Below, piece by piece: positions 1 through 8,858 of a stretch of DNA of 53,006 nt. A program made the position numbers and the translations under genes. The DNA comes from an uncultured Clostridia bacterium (GTDB lineage Bacteria; Bacillota; Clostridia; Oscillospirales; Acutalibacteraceae). The notes beneath the pieces were generated by a model that was given only the letters and a program-made list of their open reading frames with translations, made no database searches and was not told the origin of the DNA. The stretch spans positions 1 to 53,006 of the forward strand of contig CALDOU010000034.1 in the NCBI GenBank assembly GCA_937912175.1, in the 5' to 3' direction. The stretch's first letter is position 1. Each line of letters opens with the position of its first letter.

Positions 1-2
1 CG

Positions 3-194
3 GAGTCGGAAAAAATAAATGATTCAGATGTTAAAAATCTTAAAAAGTTAATTAATGGTTTTGAAGACAAAGAAAGGCTTTTAAATAATATTTTAAATGC
101 GTATAAAGTTAAAAGTTTGGAAAACTTAAATGTAAAGCAGTATTCCGAAATACTTCAAAAGTTTAATGAATGGAGTGTTTCGGGAGAAAAATAA
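3..194 (+). CDS. 3' end of a CDS truncated by the window edge; hypothetical protein (ends ...YSEILQKFNEWSVSGEK)
   Basis: Frame 3 is open from the window edge to TAA at 192-194. No motif recognised. Confidence 0.35.
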   Translation, partial: ESEKINDSDVKNLKKLINGFEDKERLLNNILNAYKVKSLENLNVKQYSEILQKFNEWSVSGEK

Positions 195-315
195 TATTTT
201 TTGATGAAATTTGAATAATTATTTTGTTTTTAAATAAATTTGAAGAAAAAAAAACTCTATGTTAAAATTGTTATTTGTTTTATTATGTTTATTTTTAAAG
301 GGGATTTTTAAATTT

Positions 316-2037
316 ATGGATGTAAAAAAGATATTTGATATATGGATGAAAAACATAAAAGAACAAGAACTTTTACAAGAACTTTATAGTATAGAAAACA
401 ATCCCAAAGAAATAAAAGAACGATTTTATAACGATTTAGAATTTGGTACGGCAGGATTGCGGGGCATTATGGGAGCGGGTACCAACAGGATGAATATTTA
501 TACGGTAAGAAAAGCTACTCAAGGATTGGCAAATTATCTTAAGGAAAAATATAGTGATTTGTCTGAAAACTTAAAGGTATCTATCTCTTTTGATTCACGA
601 AAAAATTCAAAATTGTTTGCAATGGAAACTGCCAAAGTTATGGCGGGAAATAATATTAAAAGTTTTATAACCGAAGAATTGGCACCAACTCCGTTTTTAT
701 CTTTTTCGGTAAGATATCTGAAGACCCAAGCGGGAGTTATGATTACTGCGAGTCACAACACGGCGGAGTACAACGGATATAAGTGCTATGGAGATGATGG
801 AGCTCAAATTTCAGAACAATCGGCTTTAAAAATATATCAAAAAATGAATAGTGTGGATATTTTTAAAGATATTAAAATCATGGATTTTGAAGAAGCGGTA
901 GATGAAAAATTGATTTGTTTTGCGGATGAAGCAGTTTACGAAGAGTATATGAAAAATGTTAACAGTCAGCGTATATATGATTTCCCGCTTTCCAATCTAA
1001 ATGTTATATATACTCCATTGAACGGAGCGGGAAATAAATTTGTTAAAATGGCGTTGAAAAATGTAAATGTTAAAAATTTATATATAGTTTCCGAGCAAGA
1101 AGAACCCGATGAAAGTTTTAGAACATGTTCTTATCCAAATCCTGAAAATAAAGAGGCTTTTCGTAAAGCTTTGGAATTATCCGAACATAAAGATGCGGAC
1201 ATAATTTTAGCTACCGACCCTGATTCCGACCGACTTGGCGTATGTGTTAAACATAATGAAAAATATAATCTTTTAAGCGGTAATGAAGTTGGTATACTCC
1301 TTTTTAACTATCTTGTTGAGCAAAAATATAAAAATGGTAATCTACCTTTGAACCCTGTGTTAATAAAATCTATTGTCAGTACTCCGATGGTAAATAAAAT
1401 TGCAGAAAAGTATGGTTGCAAAACGATAGAAGTTTTAACCGGTTTTAAAAACATTGCTTCCGAAATTTTAAAGTTGCAGAATAAAAAAGAAGAAAGTCGA
1501 TACATTTTTGGTTTTGAGGAAAGCAACGGTTATTTAACAGGTACATATACAAGAGATAAAGACGCCGTCTCTGCGTCACTTTTGATTTGTGAAGCGGCTT
1601 CTTATTATAAACAACAAGGTTTGGATTTATATGATGTTTTAAATAATCTATGGAATGAATTTGGCTTTTTCGGAGAAAAAACCTTAAGTTTTGAATTTAA
1701 AGGTTATGATGGAAAAAGTCATATAAAAAACATAATGAAAAGCTTAAGAAATAATTTTTTGAATTTATTCGAAAATTTTGCTGTTTATAAGGTCGAGAAT
1801 TATTTAAATTCCAAAACGTATGACGTTTTAAAAAACAAAGAAATTCCGAGCCGGTTACCGGTTTCAAATCTAATAAGCTTTGAGCTTGAGAATAACTGTA
1901 AAATTATAGCTCGTCCTTCGGGCACAGAACCCAAAATAAAATTTTATATTATGGCGTATGCAGAAAATTCGGAAAAATTGGATTATCTGAAAAACCAATT
2001 AGAAAAAGAAATTGAAGACTTGTTAAAAAAAACTTGA
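316..2037 (+). CDS. pgcA: Phosphoglucomutase/phosphomannomutase family protein (alpha-D-phosphohexomutase, PgcA-like)
   Basis: Active-site loop TASHNTAEYNGYK, plus LEFGTAGLRG and GAGTNRMNIYTVRKATQGL near the N-terminus. The ORF-track start at 259 adds a hydrophobic 19-aa leader atypical for this family. ATG at 316 (MDVKKIF) fits family N-termini. Confidence 0.9.
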   Translation: MDVKKIFDIWMKNIKEQELLQELYSIENNPKEIKERFYNDLEFGTAGLRGIMGAGTNRMNIYTVRKATQGLANYLKEKYSDLSENLKVSISFDSRKNSKLFAMETAKVMAGNNIKSFITEELAPTPFLSFSVRYLKTQAGVMITASHNTAEYNGYKCYGDDGAQISEQSALKIYQKMNSVDIFKDIKIMDFEEAVDEKLICFADEAVYEEYMKNVNSQRIYDFPLSNLNVIYTPLNGAGNKFVKMALKNVNVKNLYIVSEQEEPDESFRTCSYPNPENKEAFRKALELSEHKDADIILATDPDSDRLGVCVKHNEKYNLLSGNEVGILLFNYLVEQKYKNGNLPLNPVLIKSIVSTPMVNKIAEKYGCKTIEVLTGFKNIASEILKLQNKKEESRYIFGFEESNGYLTGTYTRDKDAVSASLLICEAASYYKQQGLDLYDVLNNLWNEFGFFGEKTLSFEFKGYDGKSHIKNIMKSLRNNFLNLFENFAVYKVENYLNSKTYDVLKNKEIPSRLPVSNLISFELENNCKIIARPSGTEPKIKFYIMAYAENSEKLDYLKNQLEKEIEDLLKKT

Positions 2038-2139
2038 CTATATTATTAAAATATGATAAAATCTAATCAATGATGTATCAAAGGAGAGAGATTTACACTG
2101 AAAAACAAAAAAATAAAATTTTTATCTAAATTTTTAGCA

Positions 2140-4014
2140 TTGAGTATGGTTATATCGGGTATCAGCTATACTTCGACATTTTACCCTGCTCAAGCTGTAA
2201 AAATTTCATGTAAAGAAGCATTTTTTACCGGTTTGTGCAATTCTTTTTTTAATACTATTGGAAATATTTTAACGAGACCTCTGGTAGCGTGGATTGAGTC
2301 ATACGGGATATTGGATCCGGATACATATTCGGTAATGTCTAAATACACAGAAGATTTAACTCAAAAAGCTAAAGACGGAAAATTACATGATGCGGTAGGA
2401 CGCGATAACGATATAGATTCATTAATAACCATTCTTACCCGTGAAGGTAAGGGTAATGCCATGGTGCTTGGTGAAGCCGGTATAGGGAAGACTGCGTTGG
2501 TGGAAGGTCTAGCTTATCGTATTGCTCACAGTGACGAACCCGGTAATGAAAAAAGTATCCCCGAGGAATTTAAAAATAAAAAAATTATTAAAGTTAATAT
2601 GGTAAGTTTAATAGCGGGGAACGCTTATAATGCAAACAATATGAACGGAGCGGTTAATCGCATTAGAGCATTATTTGAAAAAGCGGAAAAAGATCCCGAT
2701 ATAATTTTATTTATCGATGAGTTTCATCAAGTGGCAAGTTTTGCCGAACTTTGTAAAACATATTTGGATCGTGGAACGGTACATATTATTGCCGCAACTA
2801 CTGTGGCGGAATATAATCAATATATTGCTCGGGATCCTGCTCTTGAAAGAAGATTTACAAAAGTTACCCTCAAGGAACCTACAAAGCAGGAAACTGTGGA
2901 AATATTGAAAAACTTAAGGGAAGATATACAATTAAAAAATCATGTTTCAATAAATGACAGCGCATTGTTGTCCGCTGTAAAACTTACGGGTATGTATATG
3001 AAAAACAGGACATATCCCGACAAGGCGATTGACGTTGTAAGCTCAGCGGCAAAATCTGTTTCACAAAAAAACAGTTCTTCAGATATACCCGGTTTTGTTC
3101 CAAAAGTTACCGAAGAAGATATAAAAGTTGTCATTTCAAATGAAACAGGCACTCCTTTAGGAAAAATTTCGAATTTGGAAAAAGATTTACTTGATTCTAT
3201 GGAAGAAAGAGTGAAACGTAGCGTTATCGGACAGGAAAAAGCGGTTAAAGCAGCATGTGCCGCAGTACGTAAAAGCAGGGTAAGTCCGGTAAGTTCTTCA
3301 AAACCTCGTTCAACAATGTTATTTACGGGAACCTCCGGAGTGGGGAAAAGCGCTTTGGCCGAAAGAATAGGCAAAGAATATAATAATTTAATAAAATTAG
3401 ATTTATCGCAAAGTGATTTAAGTACTGATTTCTTGGAGAAGGTTTGGAAAAGACCCTATTCTGTTGTTTTGTTTGATAATATAGATCGAACTCATGAGGG
3501 TAACTATAATAAATTGAGAGGAATATTGGAAAACGGATATACTTATGACCAAAATAAGCGAAAGGTCGATTTTACAAATTCTATAATAATTATGACTGCT
3601 AATATCGGTGATGATATATTGTTATCCAACGATTCTCAAAATTCCAAAGCCAAAGTGGTGGACAAAGTTGAAAGTCTATTGGGCTCACGCTTTTGCGGAC
3701 GTTTGGATAAAATAGTGGTATTTAATAAATTAAGCAAAGAAAGTGTTAAAGAAATTTTAAGAATTTCCACGGATGAACTGGAAAGCAAATTGAGTTCTGA
3801 AAATATAAATTTTAAAGTAGAGCAAGATGTTATTGATAATTTATCAAATATAGAAATTAATCATAAGTTTGGCGCTCATCAATTTAAAAAAGTGGTTTTG
3901 GAAAAACTTGAAGAACCATTATTCGAATTTATTGCAAAAGGTAGTCTTAACAGTGGCGATTCCGTAACATGCAGTATGGTAAATAACAAAATTACATTTA
4001 ATATAAATAAATAG
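2140..4014 (+). CDS. Atypical Clp/Hsp100-family double AAA+ ATPase (ClpB/ClpC-like core, no N-domain or M-domain, hydrophobic N-terminus)
   Basis: D1 has Walker A GEAGIGKT, Walker B ILFIDEFH and the ALERRF Arg finger. D2 has VIGQEKAV and Walker A GTSGVGKS, but Walker B reads LFDNID (Asn in place of Glu). The frame is open back to 2074. An in-frame CTG at 2098 lies 7 nt after GGAGAGAG and would add KNKKIKFLSKFLAL, giving a signal-peptide-like N-terminus. Confidence 0.8.
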   Translation: MSMVISGISYTSTFYPAQAVKISCKEAFFTGLCNSFFNTIGNILTRPLVAWIESYGILDPDTYSVMSKYTEDLTQKAKDGKLHDAVGRDNDIDSLITILTREGKGNAMVLGEAGIGKTALVEGLAYRIAHSDEPGNEKSIPEEFKNKKIIKVNMVSLIAGNAYNANNMNGAVNRIRALFEKAEKDPDIILFIDEFHQVASFAELCKTYLDRGTVHIIAATTVAEYNQYIARDPALERRFTKVTLKEPTKQETVEILKNLREDIQLKNHVSINDSALLSAVKLTGMYMKNRTYPDKAIDVVSSAAKSVSQKNSSSDIPGFVPKVTEEDIKVVISNETGTPLGKISNLEKDLLDSMEERVKRSVIGQEKAVKAACAAVRKSRVSPVSSSKPRSTMLFTGTSGVGKSALAERIGKEYNNLIKLDLSQSDLSTDFLEKVWKRPYSVVLFDNIDRTHEGNYNKLRGILENGYTYDQNKRKVDFTNSIIIMTANIGDDILLSNDSQNSKAKVVDKVESLLGSRFCGRLDKIVVFNKLSKESVKEILRISTDELESKLSSENINFKVEQDVIDNLSNIEINHKFGAHQFKKVVLEKLEEPLFEFIAKGSLNSGDSVTCSMVNNKITFNINK

Positions 4015-4144
4015 TTTTATAATTCGCGGCTTTTGAGTTTTAAATAAGGCTCAAAAGTCGAATTTTATTAAAATTTGTTAAGTCGTTAAAATTTATATAT
4101 AATAAGTTTATGTATTTAAAAATAGATTAAATGGTGGTATTTAG

Positions 4145-5020
4145 GTGAGTGTGAAAATTTTAGCTCCGGCAAAAATAAATTTAGGATTGGAAATTTTGGA
4201 TAAACGTCAAGATGGATATCATAATGTAGATATGATAATGCAAAGTGTTAGCTTGTATGACGTTTTAAATATTTCAATTACCGATGATTTGCTAATAAAT
4301 ATAAATTTTAATAAAGAAATACAATGTGATTTAAAAGATAATATAATTTATAAAATTGCGAAAAAATATTTTGAATATACTAAAGTTGTTAATCCCGGAA
4401 TAAATATTAATGTTGAAAAAAACATACCTGTTTGTGCCGGATTGGCCGGTGGTAGCAGCGACGGAGCAGCTACACTTATAGGATTGAATGAGATTTTTAA
4501 TACCCGTTTGAGTTTGGACGAACTAAGAAAAATAGGAGAGTCTGTCGGTTCGGACATACCTTTTTGTATAACCGGCGGAACAGCGAGGGCTGCAGGTAGA
4601 GGAACCGATTTACGGTTTATACGTTCCAATTTAAAATATTACTTGGTTATAGTAAAACCTTCAGTTGATATTTCCACTAAAAAAGCCTATGAAATATCCG
4701 ACGATTTAAAAAACAAAAAAATAAAAAACATGGATAGCCTTGAGAAGTTTCTGATTGATAATAATTTAAAGGGCGTTTGTGATGATATGTTTAATCGATT
4801 CGAAGAGGTAGTACATAATCCCGAAATTTTGGAAATTAAAAACAAAATGATTGATATGGGGGCAATGGGGGTTTCTATGAGTGGCAGTGGGCCGAGCGTC
4901 TTTGGTGTGTTTGAAAACGAAGCGTCGGCTTTAGAATGTAAAAAAGAAATACAGAAAAAATTTTTTCAATGTTTTTTGTGTGTTCCTGTGGAGAAAGGTG
5001 CATATATAGCTGACTGTTAA
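4145..5020 (+). CDS. ispE: 4-diphosphocytidyl-2-C-methyl-D-erythritol kinase
   Basis: N-terminal APAKINLGLEILDKRQDGYHNVDMIMQSVSLYD and the GHMP-kinase motif PVCAGLAGGSSDGAA. GTG start. Confidence 0.93.
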   Translation: MSVKILAPAKINLGLEILDKRQDGYHNVDMIMQSVSLYDVLNISITDDLLININFNKEIQCDLKDNIIYKIAKKYFEYTKVVNPGININVEKNIPVCAGLAGGSSDGAATLIGLNEIFNTRLSLDELRKIGESVGSDIPFCITGGTARAAGRGTDLRFIRSNLKYYLVIVKPSVDISTKKAYEISDDLKNKKIKNMDSLEKFLIDNNLKGVCDDMFNRFEEVVHNPEILEIKNKMIDMGAMGVSMSGSGPSVFGVFENEASALECKKEIQKKFFQCFLCVPVEKGAYIADC

Positions 5021-5048
5021 AATAATTTTTTCAAAACAAAATAATAAT

Positions 5049-5091
5049 GCTTTCCCGAAAAAATTTAATTTCGGGGAAGCATTGTTTTTTT
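5049..5091. terminator. Bidirectional rho-independent terminator between ispE (+) and a small ORF (-)
   Basis: Hairpin gctttcccgaaa / tttcggggaagc, followed by a T-run on the + strand and a T-rich tract on the - strand. Confidence 0.7.
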
Positions 5092-5108
5092 AATTTAAAG
5101 TTTAAAAA

Positions 5109-5216
5109 CTATTTTCCGCAGTTTTTAGAGTTTTTACTGTCTCTGCTGTTGTTGGCTTGTTGATGTTGAGAGTTGTTGGAATTTGTGTTATTAGTGTTGT
5201 TTTTATTATCACTCAT
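5109..5216 (-). CDS. Unannotated small ORF, 35 aa, Asn/Ser/Gln-rich hydrophilic protein (MSDNKNNTNNTNSNNSQHQQANNSRDSKNSKNCGK)
   Basis: ATG at 5216 is preceded by GGAGGTGAG with a 4-nt spacer. TAG stop at 5109-5111, and the terminator hairpin lies just downstream. It is below the ORF-track length cutoff. Confidence 0.55.
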   Translation of the reverse strand: MSDNKNNTNNTNSNNSQHQQANNSRDSKNSKNCGK

Positions 5217-5314
5217 TTTTCTCACCTCCATGAAGATATTATTTACTGTTTGATTTTGGTTTATACTATAAAAAAATGGAAAATAAATAGAAAAAAATTC
5301 AAGTTTAATAAAGT

Positions 5315-5350
5315 GAAATGATGGCTATTTTTTGTGTAAGGTGTTATAAT
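5315..5350 (+). promoter_or_regulatory. Candidate sigma-A promoter for metG (extended -10 TGtTATAAT)
   Basis: tgttataat at 5342-5350, about 40 nt upstream of the metG ATG. The -35 is weak. Confidence 0.4.
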
Positions 5351-5391
5351 TAAGAAATTAGATATAATAAGTTTTTAAAGGGGTTAAAATT

Positions 5392-7359
5392 ATGCTTCAA
5401 AACAAAAAGTTTTATATTACAACACCAATATATTTTCCTTCGGGGATGCCTCATCTGGGTACAAGTTACAGCACTATAGTTGCTGATGTTCTTGCGCGGT
5501 ATAAGCGTTTACAAGGCTATGATGTAATGTTTACGACCGGAACTGATGAACATGGTCAAAAGATAGAATTAAATGCAAGCAAAGATGGAAAAACACCTAA
5601 AAAGTATGTTGATGAAATTGTAGAAAAATTTAAATCTCTTTGGAAAATTCTTGACATATCTTATGCTAAGTTTATAAGGACTACCGATACGCAACATGAA
5701 AAAGCCGTTCAGAAAATATTTAAAGAGCTTTTTGATAAAGGTGAAATATATAAAGGCAAATATAAAGGATGGTATTGTACTCCTTGTGAAACTTTTTTTA
5801 CAGATGCCCAGTTGAAAAACGGAAAATGTCCCGATTGTGGCCGTGAGGTGAATTTTACAGAAGAAGAAGCGTATTTTTTTAAACTTTCTAAATATGCGGA
5901 TAAGCTTTTAAAATTTTATGAAGAAAATCCTCGTTTCATAGAGCCTGAAAGTCGTAAAAATGAAATGATTCAATTCATTAAAAGCGGACTTAATGATTTA
6001 TGTGTTAGCAGAACAAGCTTTAAATGGGGAATTCCCGTTGATTTTGATAATAAACATATAGTTTATGTATGGCTTGACGCTCTTACAAACTATATTACTT
6101 CTCAAGGTTATGCCTCCGATAATGATAGCAATTATAAAAAATATTGGCCGGCAGATGTACATTTTGTAGGCAAAGAAATTTTAAGATTTCATGTTATTAT
6201 TTGGCCCGCAATTTTAATGGCTCTTGGTTTGCCGCTCCCCAAAAAGGTTTTCGGACATGGTTGGATATTATTTGGTGACGGAAGTAAGATGTCTAAATCT
6301 CGCGGTAATATTGTTGACCCCGTAGTTCTTTGTGAAAGATATGGTACAGACGCTTTAAGATACTTTTTAATGAGGGAGTTTTCCTTTACTTCCGATGGCT
6401 TGTTTACTAATGAAGCATTAATTAAAAGAATTAACTTTGATTTGGCAAATGATTTGGGTAACTTATTATCACGTACCGTAGCAATGATAGAAAAGTATTT
6501 CGGGGGAACCCTTAGGGGAAACCATAAACCCGGTAATTTAGATAATGAATTGGTTAGTGCCGCCATTAATTTAAAAAGTCAGTATGAGAATAAAATGGAT
6601 AATTATAAATTTTCTTCTGCTCTGGGAGATGTGTGGTGTTTAATTTCCAAATGCAATAAATATATTGATGAAACAATGCCGTGGAAATTGGGTAAAGACC
6701 CATTACACCATGATCGTTTATCTGCGGTTTTATATAATTTATGTGAAGTATTAAGGATAGTTTCCATATTGATATCTCCTTTTATGCCTACAACAGCTGC
6801 ACAAATTCAATCTCAAATAGGAGCCGATGAAAAATTATGCACCTGGGATATGGCGGATAATTGGGGTATGTTATCTGAAACTTTGACTGTGAAAAAAGGG
6901 CCGTCCCTTTTCCCGAGAATTGACGTTGAAAAAGAAACAGAGGAGCTGAAAAAATTGATTGAATTAAGCAACAATCAATCCAAGTCGGAGCAAACCGTTG
7001 AAAATAAAGAAGTTTCCGAGCTTGAAAACACGGTGAAATTAGTAGACATCGAGGATTTTGCCAAAGTAAAACTAAAAGTTGCAAAAGTTAAAGAATGTGA
7101 ACCCGTAAAAAAATCCAAAAAACTTTTGAAATTAATATTGGACGACGGAGAAGGTGAAAGAACAGTAGTTTCCGGCATTTCTTTGCACTATACCCCGGAA
7201 GATTTAATAGGAAAAAGCGTTATATTGGTTTCAAATTTAAAACCTGCCAAGCTATGTGGGGTTGAAAGTCATGGTATGATTTTGGCGGCAACTTGTCCCG
7301 ACGATAAAGTTAAAGTTATTTTTGTTGACGATGTACCTGCGGGAAGTGAAATAAGGTAA
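5392..7359 (+). CDS. metG: Methionine--tRNA ligase with C-terminal tRNA-binding (Trbp111/EMAP-like) domain
   Basis: Class-I HIGH variant (PHLGT), KMSKS, a Zn knuckle CTPCE...CPDCG, and a C-terminal LKVAKV...VVSGI...LKPAKLCGVESHGMILAA OB-fold. Confidence 0.95.
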   Translation: MLQNKKFYITTPIYFPSGMPHLGTSYSTIVADVLARYKRLQGYDVMFTTGTDEHGQKIELNASKDGKTPKKYVDEIVEKFKSLWKILDISYAKFIRTTDTQHEKAVQKIFKELFDKGEIYKGKYKGWYCTPCETFFTDAQLKNGKCPDCGREVNFTEEEAYFFKLSKYADKLLKFYEENPRFIEPESRKNEMIQFIKSGLNDLCVSRTSFKWGIPVDFDNKHIVYVWLDALTNYITSQGYASDNDSNYKKYWPADVHFVGKEILRFHVIIWPAILMALGLPLPKKVFGHGWILFGDGSKMSKSRGNIVDPVVLCERYGTDALRYFLMREFSFTSDGLFTNEALIKRINFDLANDLGNLLSRTVAMIEKYFGGTLRGNHKPGNLDNELVSAAINLKSQYENKMDNYKFSSALGDVWCLISKCNKYIDETMPWKLGKDPLHHDRLSAVLYNLCEVLRIVSILISPFMPTTAAQIQSQIGADEKLCTWDMADNWGMLSETLTVKKGPSLFPRIDVEKETEELKKLIELSNNQSKSEQTVENKEVSELENTVKLVDIEDFAKVKLKVAKVKECEPVKKSKKLLKLILDDGEGERTVVSGISLHYTPEDLIGKSVILVSNLKPAKLCGVESHGMILAATCPDDKVKVIFVDDVPAGSEIR

Positions 7360-7395
7360 GAGCTTTTAGTTAAAATTAAATAATGGGGTATTTCT

Positions 7396-8166
7396 ATGAA
7401 TTTTATATTTGATACACATGCTCATTACGATGATGAAGCTTTTGAAAACGATAGGGAAGAATTGCTGAAATCATTTCCGCAAAATAATATTTTTGCTATT
7501 GTGAATGCGGGAGCGGATTTAAAATCCTCTGAAAAATCAATAGAGATTGCCGAAAAATATGATTATATTTATGCTGCGGTAGGATTGCACCCCGAAAATA
7601 TAAAAGAAAATAGTAAAGATTTAAAATATCTGAAAGAATTTGAAGAGTTAATACTTAAAAGCCCAAAAATTGTAGCAGTAGGAGAAATCGGTCTGGATTA
7701 TCATTTTAAATCCGATAATAAAGAATTACAAAAATCTATTTTTGAAAATCAAGTTCATTTGGCTCTTAATTATAATCTCCCTGTTATAGTGCATGACCGC
7801 GAAGCTCACGGTGATACAATGAAAATATTAAAAAACAATAAGCCAAAGGGAGTGGTACATTGTTTCTCCGGAAGTTTGGAAATGGCACGGGAAGTTATAA
7901 ATTTAGGTATGTATATAGGTGTTGGCGGTGTAGTAACGTTTAAAAATGCAAAAAACATAGTTGAAGTGGTTGAAAATATTTCCATAGACAATATTGTTTT
8001 GGAAACCGATGCACCCTATATGGCTCCGACACCATTTAGAGGTAAGCGTTGCAATTCTACTTATATTGAGTATACGGCTTCAAAAATTGCGGAAATAAAA
8101 AACATGGAAGTTTCCGAGGTTTTGAAAATCACAAAAGAAAACGCTTTAAAATTATTTAATCTTTAA
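7396..8166 (+). CDS. tatD: TatD-family metal-dependent hydrolase (YabD-like)
   Basis: FDTHAHY, GEIGLDYH, VHDREAH, HCFSG and ETDAPYMAP motifs. The metG-tatD synteny matches Bacillus. Confidence 0.9.
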   Translation: MNFIFDTHAHYDDEAFENDREELLKSFPQNNIFAIVNAGADLKSSEKSIEIAEKYDYIYAAVGLHPENIKENSKDLKYLKEFEELILKSPKIVAVGEIGLDYHFKSDNKELQKSIFENQVHLALNYNLPVIVHDREAHGDTMKILKNNKPKGVVHCFSGSLEMAREVINLGMYIGVGGVVTFKNAKNIVEVVENISIDNIVLETDAPYMAPTPFRGKRCNSTYIEYTASKIAEIKNMEVSEVLKITKENALKLFNL

Positions 8167-8184
8167 AACAAAGGAATTTATATT

Positions 8185-8652
8185 ATGAGAGTTGGTCACG
8201 GATATGATGTGCATAAGCTTGTAAAGGGCAGAAAACTTATTTTGGGCGGTGTAGATATCCCGTTTGAGTTTGGCCTTTTGGGACATTCTGATGCTGATGT
8301 TTTAATTCATGCAATAATGGATTCTTTATTAGGCGCCGCCGGGTTGGGGGACATAGGCTATTATTTTCCGGATACCGAACTTAAATATAAAGGCGCTTGC
8401 AGTTTGGAACTCTTAAAAGAAGTTTGTGCTTTATTAAAGAAGAATAATTATGGTATTGAAAATATAGACGCTACAATTGTTGCACAATCCCCAAAACTTT
8501 TAGATTATATTCCCCTAATGAAAAGTAATATTTCCGAGGCGTGTGAAATTGCTTTGAACTCGGTTAATATTAAAGCAACAACGGAAGAAAGATTGGGGTT
8601 TACGGGGCGAATGGAAGGAATTAGTGCACATGCGGTGTCGCTGATAAATTAA
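8185..8652 (+). CDS. ispF: 2-C-methyl-D-erythritol 2,4-cyclodiphosphate synthase
   Basis: [23 protein letters not shown] and [11 protein letters not shown] motifs. Confidence 0.95.
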   Translation: MRVGHGYDVHKLVKGRKLILGGVDIPFEFGLLGHSDADVLIHAIMDSLLGAAGLGDIGYYFPDTELKYKGACSLELLKEVCALLKKNNYGIENIDATIVAQSPKLLDYIPLMKSNISEACEIALNSVNIKATTEERLGFTGRMEGISAHAVSLIN

Positions 8653-8671
8653 ATAATAAAAATTTTATTTG

Positions 8672-8712
8672 GGTCTTATGCGTTATTTTGGCATAAGACC
8701 TTTATCATTTTT
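8672..8712 (+). terminator. Rho-independent terminator after ispF
   Basis: Perfect 10-bp stem ggtcttatgc / gcataagacc, followed by tttatcattttt. Confidence 0.7.
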
Positions 8713-8858
8713 ATATCTGTTTTCATATTATATATTGATGAAGTAAAGTCCAAAAATAAAATTTTGTAAATGCTTCTTCGTGATAAATTAAAAAATAAAT
8801 TTTGAAAGATATTGTTATATAAAATTATTGCTTTTATAAAAGAATAGGAGGTAAAGAA

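Noticed and set aside
259-315. Upstream ATG start at 259 for the phosphoglucomutase gene, adding MLKLLFVLLCLFLKGIFKF.
   Set aside because: There is no SD. The hydrophobic leader is atypical for cytosolic phosphohexomutases. The ATG at 316 reproduces the family N-terminus.
1308-1526. Nested antisense or out-of-frame ORFs from the six-frame track. Examples: 1308-1526, 2717-2908, 2940-3374, 4348-4629, 6189-6566, 6788-7178, 7806-7991, 9584-9769, 14635-14967, 15402-15784, 25817-26092, 27498-27810, 30921-31148, 33456-34226, 34227-35536, 35849-36095, 36647-36949, 44648-44971, 45534-45833, 47216-47956, 48149-48403, 51518-52144, 52529-52768.
   Set aside because: Each lies entirely inside a CDS whose product has clear family motifs. 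They lack SD sequences and translate to low-complexity or junk-like peptides, as expected from the opposite strand of AT-rich genes.
5230-5391. Possible T-box or other leader upstream of metG. I likewise looked for a preQ1 riboswitch upstream of the PnuC-like/queH pair (19273-19409).
   Set aside because: The metG spacer is only ~160 nt, with no specifier/T-box (AGGGTGGNACCGCG-like) sequence or terminator/antiterminator pair. No preQ1-type conserved core was seen upstream of 19410.
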